Assembly: GCA_020053565.1 (NCBI GenBank)
Contig: JAGVMY010000162.1
Location: 1 to 34,424, forward strand
DNA length: 34,424 bases
Direction of reading: 5' to 3'
DNA from: Thermodesulfovibrionales bacterium
GTDB taxonomy: Bacteria; Nitrospirota; Thermodesulfovibrionia; Thermodesulfovibrionales; SM23-35
Part shown: positions 27,279 to 34,424 of the stretch, in pieces
How positions within the stretch are numbered: position 1 is the stretch's first letter
How the letters are laid out: each line of letters begins with the position of its first letter
Position numbers and translations under genes: made by a program
Notes under the pieces: model-generated
Seen by the model: the letters and a program-made list of their open reading frames with translations, nothing else
What the model was told of the DNA's origin: nothing
Databases searched by the model: none

Positions 27279-28493
27279 ATGTTACAACCTGAGAAACAAA
27301 TTGAGATAATAAAAAGGGGCGCTGTTGAGATAATCGTTAAGGAAGACCTCGTTAAGAAGCTCGAAAAATCATATAAAGAAAAGAGGCCCCTCAAAATTAA
27401 GGCTGGCTTTGATCCCACTGCCCCTGACATCCATCTCGGTCACACAGTTTTGCTCGAAAAGATTCGGCAATTTCAGGAACTCGGACATCAGGTGATATTT
27501 CTCATTGGTGATTTTACAGGAATGATTGGTGATCCGAGCGGGAAGAATGAAATGAGAAAGCCGCTTACAAGAGAAGAAGTATTAAAAAATGCAGAAACAT
27601 ATAAAGAGCAGGTATTCAAGATACTCGACCCTGAAAAAACTAAGGTCGTTTTTAATTCAGAATGGATGTCAATAATGACCTCAGGAGAAATGATACACCT
27701 TGCTAGCATGTATACTGTTGCAAGGATGTTTGAAAGAGAGGATTTCAGGCAGAGGTGGATCAGTCAGAATCCTATAGGCATCCATGAATTCATGTATCCA
27801 TTAATACAGGGTTATGATTCTGTAGCACTTCATGCTGATGTGGAACTTGGTGGCACAGACCAGAAATTTAACCTTATTGTTGGGAGGGAACTCCAGAAGG
27901 AATATGGGCAGGAGCCACAGTGTCTCGTGATCATGCCGCTTCTTGAGGGTCTTGACGGCGTGAAGAAGATGAGTAAGAGCCTTGGGAATTATATAGGCAT
28001 TAACGAGCCTGCTAAAGAAATGTACGGGAAGATAATGTCCATAAGTGATGAACTCATGCTCAGGTATTATGAATTACTAAGCCATATTTCTATGGAAGAA
28101 CTTGATTTATTGAAAGAGGGAATAAAGAATGGCAAAGTTCATCCAAAACATGCAAAAGAAAATCTCGCTATGGAGATAGTGGAAAGATACTGGGGAAGAG
28201 ATGAAGCCCTTAAGGTAAAAGAAGAATTCGACCATGTCTTTAAGGAAAAGGGAGTTCCTGATGATGTCCTTGAAATTCAGCTTGAATGGGAAGAAGACAA
28301 AATGTGGGTACCAAAAATCATGAAGCTTTCTGATCTTACATCAAGCACAGGCGAGGCGATAAGGCTCATCAAGCAAGGAGGCGTTACAATTAACGACATG
28401 AAACATGATGACCCTGATGGAAAACTGGCGAGAGGAAGTTATTTATTTAAAGTAGGGAAAAGAAAATTTTTAAAGATTAAATCAAAGATTTAG
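27279..28493 (+). CDS. tyrS: Tyrosine--tRNA ligase
   Basis: Class I signatures DIHLGH (HIGH) and KMSKS, GFDPTAP, and a C-terminal S4-like domain ([16 protein letters not shown]). Confidence 0.95.
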   Translation: MLQPEKQIEIIKRGAVEIIVKEDLVKKLEKSYKEKRPLKIKAGFDPTAPDIHLGHTVLLEKIRQFQELGHQVIFLIGDFTGMIGDPSGKNEMRKPLTREEVLKNAETYKEQVFKILDPEKTKVVFNSEWMSIMTSGEMIHLASMYTVARMFEREDFRQRWISQNPIGIHEFMYPLIQGYDSVALHADVELGGTDQKFNLIVGRELQKEYGQEPQCLVIMPLLEGLDGVKKMSKSLGNYIGINEPAKEMYGKIMSISDELMLRYYELLSHISMEELDLLKEGIKNGKVHPKHAKENLAMEIVERYWGRDEALKVKEEFDHVFKEKGVPDDVLEIQLEWEEDKMWVPKIMKLSDLTSSTGEAIRLIKQGGVTINDMKHDDPDGKLARGSYLFKVGKRKFLKIKSKI

Positions 28494-28576
28494 ATATTTC
28501 TTTTTAAACTCCATTGGGCCAAATAATTAACGACATAGTTATTTGTGAGACATGACATTAGATAGATCACAATTTT

Positions 28577-28753
28577 CTAAGGTCGATCTAAACCGTGGGT
28601 CTTTAAAATAGTCGTAAACTCATCCAGAAGGTTGGCAGTAGGTTCGCTGAGCGATGGTTCTAGTAGCTCTCCATCTGTGGGCCAGTCTAAAAATTTTGGT
28701 GTGTCAATGACTGGCTTGCCGGTGATAGCTGGGGACTGGGTAACCGTGTTCAT
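28577..28753 (-). CDS. Sub-threshold 58-aa ORF just downstream of rnfB
   Basis: ATG at 28751-28753, 24 nt after the rnfB stop. MNTVTQSPAITGKPVIDTPKFLDWPTDGELLEPSLSEPTANLLDEFTTILKTHGLDRP*. No SD, and the local G+C is atypical. Confidence 0.3.
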   Translation of the reverse strand: MNTVTQSPAITGKPVIDTPKFLDWPTDGELLEPSLSEPTANLLDEFTTILKTHGLDRP

Positions 28754-28777
28754 ATAAGTGGATGCACAGGCACTGCT

Positions 28778-29932
28778 CTACGCAGCTTTTTCAGCCTTCT
28801 TAGCTGCCGCTGCTGCAAATACCTCAGCTGCATTGAATGTGCCGTCTATTGCCTGCACAGGACACTTTGCTGTACAGATACCACATCCGATACACTTAGT
28901 CTGGTCAATGACATGCAATTTCTTGTGTTCACCATATGCTGCATTTACAGGACATACCTTCATGCATATCAGACAACCGATGCAATGATCCAGAACAAAA
29001 GCCTTTGACCTGTGGGGTATAAAGTCAAAGATAGCTTTTGTAGGACATTTTGGAACACAAAGGCCGCATACCTTACATTTATCAAGAGTAATTTTTGAGA
29101 GATTATTTTCAACAAGGGGTGCATCAAACGGGCATACCTTCACACAGGTACTGCATGCAATGCAGCCTACCTGACAGTTTTTCTTTGTGTCCACGCCCTT
29201 GTCCTTTGAATGGCACGACACGAGGACCTGTCTTGATGCAGGAAGCACTTCTATAACTTTTGTGGGGCAGGCTGCCTCACACTTTCTGCAACCTGTGCAT
29301 TTCGTGATGTCAACAAAGGGAAGGTAGTCATCTGTCATGGTTATTGCGCCAAAGGGGCATACCCACTCGCATGTCCTGTAGCCTAAACAACCGTATCTAC
29401 ATGATTTATCGCCACCTCCTGCGAGTATCACAGCCCTGCAATCCTGAATGCCTTCGTATTTATATTTCTTTACTGATTTGCTCCATCCGCCCTGACACTT
29501 AATCCTTGCGAAATTAGGCTCTACTGCAGCAGCTATTTTCCCTGTAATATGTGCGATTGCATCTGCTACAGAAGCCTTTCCAGGCGAGCAAAGGTTTGGA
29601 GAAACATCGGGTTTTGCAACAACAGCCTCTGCATATCCCATACACCCTGCAAATCCACATGCGCCACAATTAGCACCTGGCAGTACATCTCTTACCTTTT
29701 CGACATTAGGGTCAACCTTAACTGCAAACTTCTGAGCAGCAAAAGCGAGGCCAACACCAAATACTACTCCTAATCCACCCAGGAATATCAATGTAAAAAT
29801 TAAGAGCTGTTTTAAGTCTATGGGACCTGATACATCAATTTCTCCGCCTACACCTGCATACAAAGCAGTTGCAGAAAAAAACAACAGTATCGTTGTAATT
29901 ACACTTATCTTTTTTACTGTTGAAACATTCAC
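28778..29932 (-). CDS. rnfB: Rnf complex subunit B, polyferredoxin-type
   Basis: N-terminal TM segments, a CGACGFAGC cluster motif, and six further CxxCxxCxxxCP-type 4Fe-4S motifs. I prefer the GTG at 29930-29932 (AAGGAG SD 8 nt upstream) over the track GTG at 29962. Confidence 0.9.
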   Translation of the reverse strand: MNVSTVKKISVITTILLFFSATALYAGVGGEIDVSGPIDLKQLLIFTLIFLGGLGVVFGVGLAFAAQKFAVKVDPNVEKVRDVLPGANCGACGFAGCMGYAEAVVAKPDVSPNLCSPGKASVADAIAHITGKIAAAVEPNFARIKCQGGWSKSVKKYKYEGIQDCRAVILAGGGDKSCRYGCLGYRTCEWVCPFGAITMTDDYLPFVDITKCTGCRKCEAACPTKVIEVLPASRQVLVSCHSKDKGVDTKKNCQVGCIACSTCVKVCPFDAPLVENNLSKITLDKCKVCGLCVPKCPTKAIFDFIPHRSKAFVLDHCIGCLICMKVCPVNAAYGEHKKLHVIDQTKCIGCGICTAKCPVQAIDGTFNAAEVFAAAAAKKAEKAA

Positions 29933-29956
29933 TATCGCTACTCCTTTTACGCTTTT

Positions 29957-29996
29957 ATTCACCTATTTACCTATTCACCCATTTACCGATTAACCT
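29957..29996. repeat. Five tandem octamers in the rnfA-rnfB spacer
   Basis: ATTCACCT ATTTACCT ATTCACCC ATTTACCG ATTAACCT (plus strand). Confidence 0.85.
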
Positions 29997-30002
29997 GTTC
30001 AT

Positions 30003-30590
30003 TTAAAGCGTAATCAATCCTGAGAAACCTAAAAAAGCCAGTGCAATCAAGCCAGTTACTACAAATGATATGGGTAACCCCTGAAAAGATATTGGTACAT
30101 CTGCGAGCTCAAGTTTCTCCCGTATGCTTGCCATTATTATCATTGCAAGGCTGAAGCCAATACCAGAACCTAAACCAAAGAAAAGACTTTCTATAAAATT
30201 ATAACCTTCGGAGACATTAAGTAATGGCACTGCCAGTATAATACAGTTTGCGGTAATAAGTGCAAGGTAGATTCCGAGCTTGTAATAGAGCCCTGGCGCA
30301 ACCTTTTTCATGATTGTGTCAGCAGCCTGAACAAAACATGCTACAACTCCGATGAATATGACAATCTCAAGGAATCCGAGGCCAAGTGGTGTCATGATAA
30401 ATTTATAGATAAGCCAGTTCAGGGCGCCAGTTATCACCATAACCGAGGTAAAAGTAACACTCATTCCTATTGAGGTATCCATCTTCTTTGTAACACCAAA
30501 GAATATGCAGAGACCGAGGTATCGTGTGAAGACAAAGTTATTTATGAGCGAGGCTGCGATAAGAAGCTCAAATAATTTTGTGAATTCCAT
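30003..30590 (-). CDS. rnfA: Rnf complex subunit A
   Basis: About 195 aa with 6 TM segments. SLINNFVFTRYLGLC and TANCIILA motifs are typical of RnfA/NqrE. Confidence 0.93.
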   Translation of the reverse strand: MEFTKLFELLIAASLINNFVFTRYLGLCIFFGVTKKMDTSIGMSVTFTSVMVITGALNWLIYKFIMTPLGLGFLEIVIFIGVVACFVQAADTIMKKVAPGLYYKLGIYLALITANCIILAVPLLNVSEGYNFIESLFFGLGSGIGFSLAMIIMASIREKLELADVPISFQGLPISFVVTGLIALAFLGFSGLITL

Positions 30591-30599
30591 TGTCTAACC

Positions 30600-31238
30600 T
30601 CAACCGTGGCTGCCGCCAGCACCGCTGGCACCCTTGCCACCAAAAAATTTTATATCTATCCAGTTAAAGAACCCCATCAGAATCCCCATTGCAAAAAAAC
30701 CTCCTGCAGGGAGGATCATAATTAACAGAGGCTTTGTATCAATTATTTGTATACCCCACAATGACCCCTTACCAAGGAGTTCCCTGAAAAACCCTATGAT
30801 AACGAGTGCAAGGAGGAAACCTACTCCCATTCCCAAGCCATCAAAAAATGAAGGTACTACCTTATTCTTGCTTGCAAACAACTCAGACCGCGAAAGGATG
30901 ATTGCAAAGGCAACAATGAGTTTTATGTACAATCCCATCTGGGCATATACGTCCCGTGCAAAGGCAGCCATTGCAAGGTCAGTAACAGTAACCCATGTGG
31001 CAATGATGAACATATACGTGGGAATCCTGACCTTTGGATTTATGAATTTTCTCAAAAGGGAGGTTGTCACATTCGCCATTGTCTGAACAAATAAAACTGC
31101 TACTCCCATGAGGAATCCACTTTTCACTCCGCTCGTCACAGCAACTGCAGGGCAAAGGCTTAGTGCAAGCCTGAATACAGGGTTTTCTCCAAATATGCCG
31201 TTTCTGAAAAGATTCCAGTAACGTGCAGTATTGCTCAT
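30600..31238 (-). CDS. rnfE: Rnf complex subunit E
   Basis: GIFGENPVFRLALSLCPAVAVT is typical of RnfE/NqrD. A polytopic protein. Confidence 0.93.
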   Translation of the reverse strand: MSNTARYWNLFRNGIFGENPVFRLALSLCPAVAVTSGVKSGFLMGVAVLFVQTMANVTTSLLRKFINPKVRIPTYMFIIATWVTVTDLAMAAFARDVYAQMGLYIKLIVAFAIILSRSELFASKNKVVPSFFDGLGMGVGFLLALVIIGFFRELLGKGSLWGIQIIDTKPLLIMILPAGGFFAMGILMGFFNWIDIKFFGGKGASGAGGSHG

Positions 31239-31792
31239 TGTGCCACCCCGTATTTTTCTTTAAGCAATTTCATGGCTTCCTTTACTCCGTTCGTCACTGC
31301 ACGGCTTGATATGGTCACACCGGAAATGGCCTGAATCTTGTCAGTGCCTTCTGCCTTCACAAGTTCTATCTGCTCAAGTGCTTTATCCTCAAACTGCTTC
31401 TTAAAATAATCTTTTTCAATTTCATCTCCAAGACCCGGTGTTTCACCGTGACCGAGTATATTGATTGACTTTATCTTCAAATCTTTTCCTGCCGAAACGA
31501 GTATGTTTATATAACTTGAATATCCCTTGCCGTATGTAGAAACAAGGTATCCTATTGTCTTTCCTTCCTTTTTGCCTTCAAAGTATTTTCCGCGTTTCCC
31601 ATATGGCTCCCATATCCCTGCTTCTGTAATATTTTCAGCATCTGGCATCATCTTCTGTCTCGCCTCTTTCTCCTCTTTTTCTTTTGCTACCTTTATCACC
31701 GGCGCTGTTATGGCAAAAACGCTTGTCATGATAATGCCTGCAGCGATAAAGATAACAACCAGGCTGAGGGTAATCTTTATCATATCCTTCAT
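31235..31792 (-). CDS. rnfG: Rnf complex subunit G (FMN-binding)
   Basis: N-terminal anchor and an FMN attachment motif ISGVTISSRAV. 4-nt overlaps with both rnfD and rnfE. Confidence 0.92.
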   Translation of the reverse strand: MKDMIKITLSLVVIFIAAGIIMTSVFAITAPVIKVAKEKEEKEARQKMMPDAENITEAGIWEPYGKRGKYFEGKKEGKTIGYLVSTYGKGYSSYINILVSAGKDLKIKSINILGHGETPGLGDEIEKDYFKKQFEDKALEQIELVKAEGTDKIQAISGVTISSRAVTNGVKEAMKLLKEKYGVAQ

Positions 31793-32820
31793 CTCTTTTT
31801 CTCCTTCATAGCACCAAATATGCTTGATTTCACGCCCCTGTCAATCAGTGGTGCAAAACAGTTCATGAGGAGTATTGCAAACATAACACCCTCGGGGTAA
31901 CCGCCCTTCAGCCTTATGAGAACGGTAAGAGCGCCACATCCGATACCAAAAATAATCTGCCCTTTTCTCACAGAAGGACATGTTACATAGTCTGTTGCCA
32001 TGAAGAATGCACCGAGCATAAGTCCTCCACTGAGTAAGTGTAATATCGGATCACCGGTGAAAAGACCTGTCCCTTTTCCTCCAAAGATCCAGGTGAGAAC
32101 TGCTACTGTCCCGAGGAACGATACGGGTATATGCCATGTAATGTACTTTTTATAGATGAGAAATGCTGCTCCAAACAACAAGGCTATTATTGAGGTTTCA
32201 CCAATAGAACCTGCCCTGTGGCCGACAAGAAGCTGTGAATAAAGATTGAGCTTATCTCCGAAAACCTCTATTAATCTTCCAATGCCATCTTCTTTTAATA
32301 TCATCAGAGGTGTTGCTGTTGTCTTTGCATCAAATGCCACAAATGCTGCTGTGGGCTCATTCCATAATGTCATTGCCCTCGGCCATGACATCATCAGGAA
32401 GGCTCTCCCTATAAGTGCAGGATTGAATATGTTATAGCCGAGTCCTCCAAAGAGTTGTTTTGTGATGACTATTGCGACAATGGAGCCTATTATCGGCACA
32501 TGAATGGTGAATGGATTAAACGACCATAGGGATGCAGGGAGATTCATTCCAAGGAGAAGCCCTGTGAGAAATGCACTCCCATCGTTGGTGGTTAGTTTTC
32601 TTTTAAGACCCTTCTGGAAAAAATGCTCTGAGAGGATTGCAGAGATAATACAGAGGGCAGTAACGAACAAAGCCTTCGGTCCGAAGAAATAAACTCCCAT
32701 TAACAGAGCTGGGAGGAGGGACAGGCTCACTGTCCACATGATACGGCTTACACTCTCTTCGTCTTTAATATGAGGGCTGATTGATACGATTAAGGGATGT
32801 TCTTTTTTTACTGCCTCCAT
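31789..32820 (-). CDS. rnfD: Rnf complex subunit D
   Basis: Polytopic NqrB/RnfD family: LVGHRAGSIGETS and SGGLMLGAFFMATDYVT. GGAGGG SD. Confidence 0.93.
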   Translation of the reverse strand: MEAVKKEHPLIVSISPHIKDEESVSRIMWTVSLSLLPALLMGVYFFGPKALFVTALCIISAILSEHFFQKGLKRKLTTNDGSAFLTGLLLGMNLPASLWSFNPFTIHVPIIGSIVAIVITKQLFGGLGYNIFNPALIGRAFLMMSWPRAMTLWNEPTAAFVAFDAKTTATPLMILKEDGIGRLIEVFGDKLNLYSQLLVGHRAGSIGETSIIALLFGAAFLIYKKYITWHIPVSFLGTVAVLTWIFGGKGTGLFTGDPILHLLSGGLMLGAFFMATDYVTCPSVRKGQIIFGIGCGALTVLIRLKGGYPEGVMFAILLMNCFAPLIDRGVKSSIFGAMKEKKR

Positions 32821-32836
32821 CTACCCTCCGACAATT

Positions 32837-32905
32837 TCATGATGCACGATGTATGATGCATGATTTTTAATATCCTGTATCTTGCATCCTGTATCCTGTA
32901 TCTGA
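32837..32905. repeat. Two blocks of tandem heptamers in the rnfC-rnfD spacer
   Basis: TCATGAT GCACGAT GTATGAT GCATGAT (32837-32864) and TATCCTG TATCTTG CATCCTG TATCCTG TATCTGA (32871-32905). Confidence 0.85.
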
Positions 32906-32921
32906 TCACTATTCTTATTTT

Positions 32922-34229
32922 TCATGGCTTTGTCATTGATTTTGCAAGCCTTATAAACTGCACTATCGGCCTTTTTGAAGGACAGACAAATGCGCACGAG
33001 CCACACTCAAAACAGTCCCATAGATTATATTCCTTTGAGCCTTCATAAAAGCCTTTTTCTGAATAAGTACTGAGCATCGAGGGCATAAGCCCCATCGGGC
33101 ATATATCAATACATCTGCTGCATCTTATACAGGGCTTGAAGTCCTCAACATGAATTATCTCACTTTCCGGCAATACGACTATCCCTGAGGTGCCCTTTGT
33201 GACTGGCACATCCAGAGAGGGAAGGGCAAAGCCCATCATAGGGCCTCCTGCAATAACCTTTAAGGTTCCGTTCTTAAACCCTCCACACTCATCAATGAGT
33301 TGAGATACCAGTGTTCCTATTTTTACCATCAGGTTCCTGGGCTCGTTAATACCTTCACCTGTTACGGTTACAACCCTGTCTATTAAAGGTTTCCCGTATC
33401 GTACTGCCTCATAGATAGCTAAGGCTGTTCCGACATTCTGAACAACAACCCCTACATCCATAGGAAGACCCCGAGGCGGGACACCTCTTTCAGTGAGTGC
33501 CTTTATGAGCATCTTTTCCGCACCTTCAGGATACTTTGTCTCAAGGCCACATACCCTTATATTTTCCTGTCCTTTCACAGCCTCTTCCATTGTTTTTATC
33601 GCAGCAGGTTTGTTATCTTCTATCCCCACAAATCCTTTGTTCACACCTAATACACGCATTAATATCTTCAGCCCTTCAATAATCTCCTTTGGCGTTTCAA
33701 GCATTAATCGGTAATCGGCAGTCAGATACGGTTCACACTCAGCTCCATTGAGAATGACAATCTCTATAGGTTTTTCTTTCGGAGGTGAAAGCTTTACAAA
33801 GGTTGGGAAAGCAGCACCACCAAGGCCAACAATTCCCGCAGCCCTTATCTTCTCCTTCATTTCATCTGGAGAGAGGTTCATATAGTCTGGATTATCCTTT
33901 AATAGTGTCCATTCCTCTTTCCCATCATTTTCTATAACAACTGAAGGGACCATCTTTCCCATTATATTAGAAAATTCACCTATTGCGATTACCTTCCCGG
34001 ATACAGATGAATGTACTGCTGCTGATACAAATCCGCCTTGTTCTCCTATCATCTCACCTTTCTTGACTTCCTGACTGATGGTAACAATTGGCTTACAGGG
34101 TGCTCCTGTATGCTGGCTTAATGGAATGAGAACTCTCTGAGGAGGTTTTACTTCTACTATTGGTTTATCTGCTGATAGTTCTTTTTTATCAGGAGGGTGT
34201 ATGCCACCTTTAAACGTTGGGAGATCCAC
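32922..34229 (-). CDS. rnfC: Rnf complex subunit C
   Basis: LPTFKGGIHPP N-terminus, GLGGAAFPT, and two 4Fe-4S motifs (CIRCSRCIDICP, CFECGSCAFVCP). I prefer the GTG at 34227-34229 (AAGGAG SD at 34241-34246) over the track TTG at 34280. Confidence 0.92.
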   Translation of the reverse strand: MDLPTFKGGIHPPDKKELSADKPIVEVKPPQRVLIPLSQHTGAPCKPIVTISQEVKKGEMIGEQGGFVSAAVHSSVSGKVIAIGEFSNIMGKMVPSVVIENDGKEEWTLLKDNPDYMNLSPDEMKEKIRAAGIVGLGGAAFPTFVKLSPPKEKPIEIVILNGAECEPYLTADYRLMLETPKEIIEGLKILMRVLGVNKGFVGIEDNKPAAIKTMEEAVKGQENIRVCGLETKYPEGAEKMLIKALTERGVPPRGLPMDVGVVVQNVGTALAIYEAVRYGKPLIDRVVTVTGEGINEPRNLMVKIGTLVSQLIDECGGFKNGTLKVIAGGPMMGFALPSLDVPVTKGTSGIVVLPESEIIHVEDFKPCIRCSRCIDICPMGLMPSMLSTYSEKGFYEGSKEYNLWDCFECGSCAFVCPSKRPIVQFIRLAKSMTKP

Positions 34230-34289
34230 TGAAGATTTTCTCCTTATCTTTAATGCCCAAACGAAGCGGGCATAGCTCAAAACTTTTAT

Positions 34290-34319
34290 TTAATAACATG
34301 GGTTATATATCAAAGTCAA
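34290..34319 (-). promoter_or_regulatory. Putative rnf operon promoter
   Basis: On the minus strand: TTGACT (34319-34314), 18-nt spacer, TATTAA (34295-34290). Confidence 0.3.
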
Positions 34320-34362
34320 GTTTTAGAGTTGAAGAAGTGTCAAAATATCTTTATACTTTAAT

Positions 34363-34424
34363 ATGTCTATGCTCAAAATCATTGTAGTTGACGGGCAGGG
34401 TGGTGGAATTGGAAGCCTGATTGT
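34363..34424 (+). CDS. 5' end of a DUF3842-like protein (partial, runs off the right edge)
   Basis: MSMLKIIVVDGQGGGIGSLI.. matches the characteristic (I/V)DGQGGGIG start of DUF3842 proteins as I remember them. Confidence 0.55.
   Translation, partial: MSMLKIIVVDGQGGGIGSLI

Noticed and set aside
27086-27430. 114-aa minus-strand ORF
   Set aside because: It spans the tyrS promoter and is antisense to the tyrS 5' end. It has no SD and its composition is not protein-like.
28758-28988. 76-aa plus-strand ORF
   Set aside because: It is antisense to the rnfB 3' end, and it is alanine-rich because it mirrors the rnfB AAAAKKAEKAA tail.
32821-33006. 61-aa minus-strand ORF between rnfC and rnfD
   Set aside because: It is the heptamer arrays translated (IQDTGCKIQD.., HASYIVHH), and it overlaps the rnfC 3' end.

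Overview
This is an AT-rich bacterial chromosomal window (roughly 40% G+C by eye), almost fully coding and dominated by core-metabolism operons. Left to right it holds: a membrane protein; tRNA-Leu; a minus-strand cluster of tRNA-Lys, tRNA-Glu, miaA, hfq, NUDIX and a SurA_N-like gene; a short-form aconitase; and lysA-dapF-dapA. Next comes a ~5 kb accessory patch (9.04-14.07 kb). It contains a disrupted SAMHD1-like HD phosphohydrolase, a DUF5618 gene plus a paralogue remnant, and an intact DUF433/DUF5615 toxin-antitoxin pair bracketed by 71-nt direct repeats. It also contains a UPF0175 antitoxin fused to the tail of a deleted DUF3368 toxin, and a MITE. After the patch come: bioF-bioD; an F1Fo ATP synthase operon (b'-b-delta-alpha-gamma-beta-epsilon, no a/c subunits) with a textbook terminator; a soluble PRC/MgtE_N/CBS protein translationally coupled to a non-canonical NRAMP transporter, then mtnA; an orphan RHH regulator; a small ORF coupled to yjbQ; tyrS; and a complete rnfCDGEAB operon. 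A DUF3842-like gene starts at the right edge. Rnf, hfq and the split atp operon suggest an anaerobe, possibly Nitrospirota/Thermodesulfovibrionia-like, but that is low confidence and needs a database search. I saw no rRNA, CRISPR, transposase or integrase. Three sequence-level signals stand out. (i) Families of tandem 7-8-mers and G/C-rich palindromes sit in operon spacers (rnfC-rnfD, rnfA-rnfB, bioF-bioD) and also in frame inside dapF and bioD. (ii) The HD gene is split by an in-frame TAA and by a frame change that falls exactly on a phase-correct A_AAA_AAC slippery heptamer. (iii) MgtE-type sensor domains are paired with an NRAMP whose metal-site residues are substituted. I do not see a clear-cut, intact, novel multi-gene system. 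The accessory patch reads as a decaying defence/TA islet.
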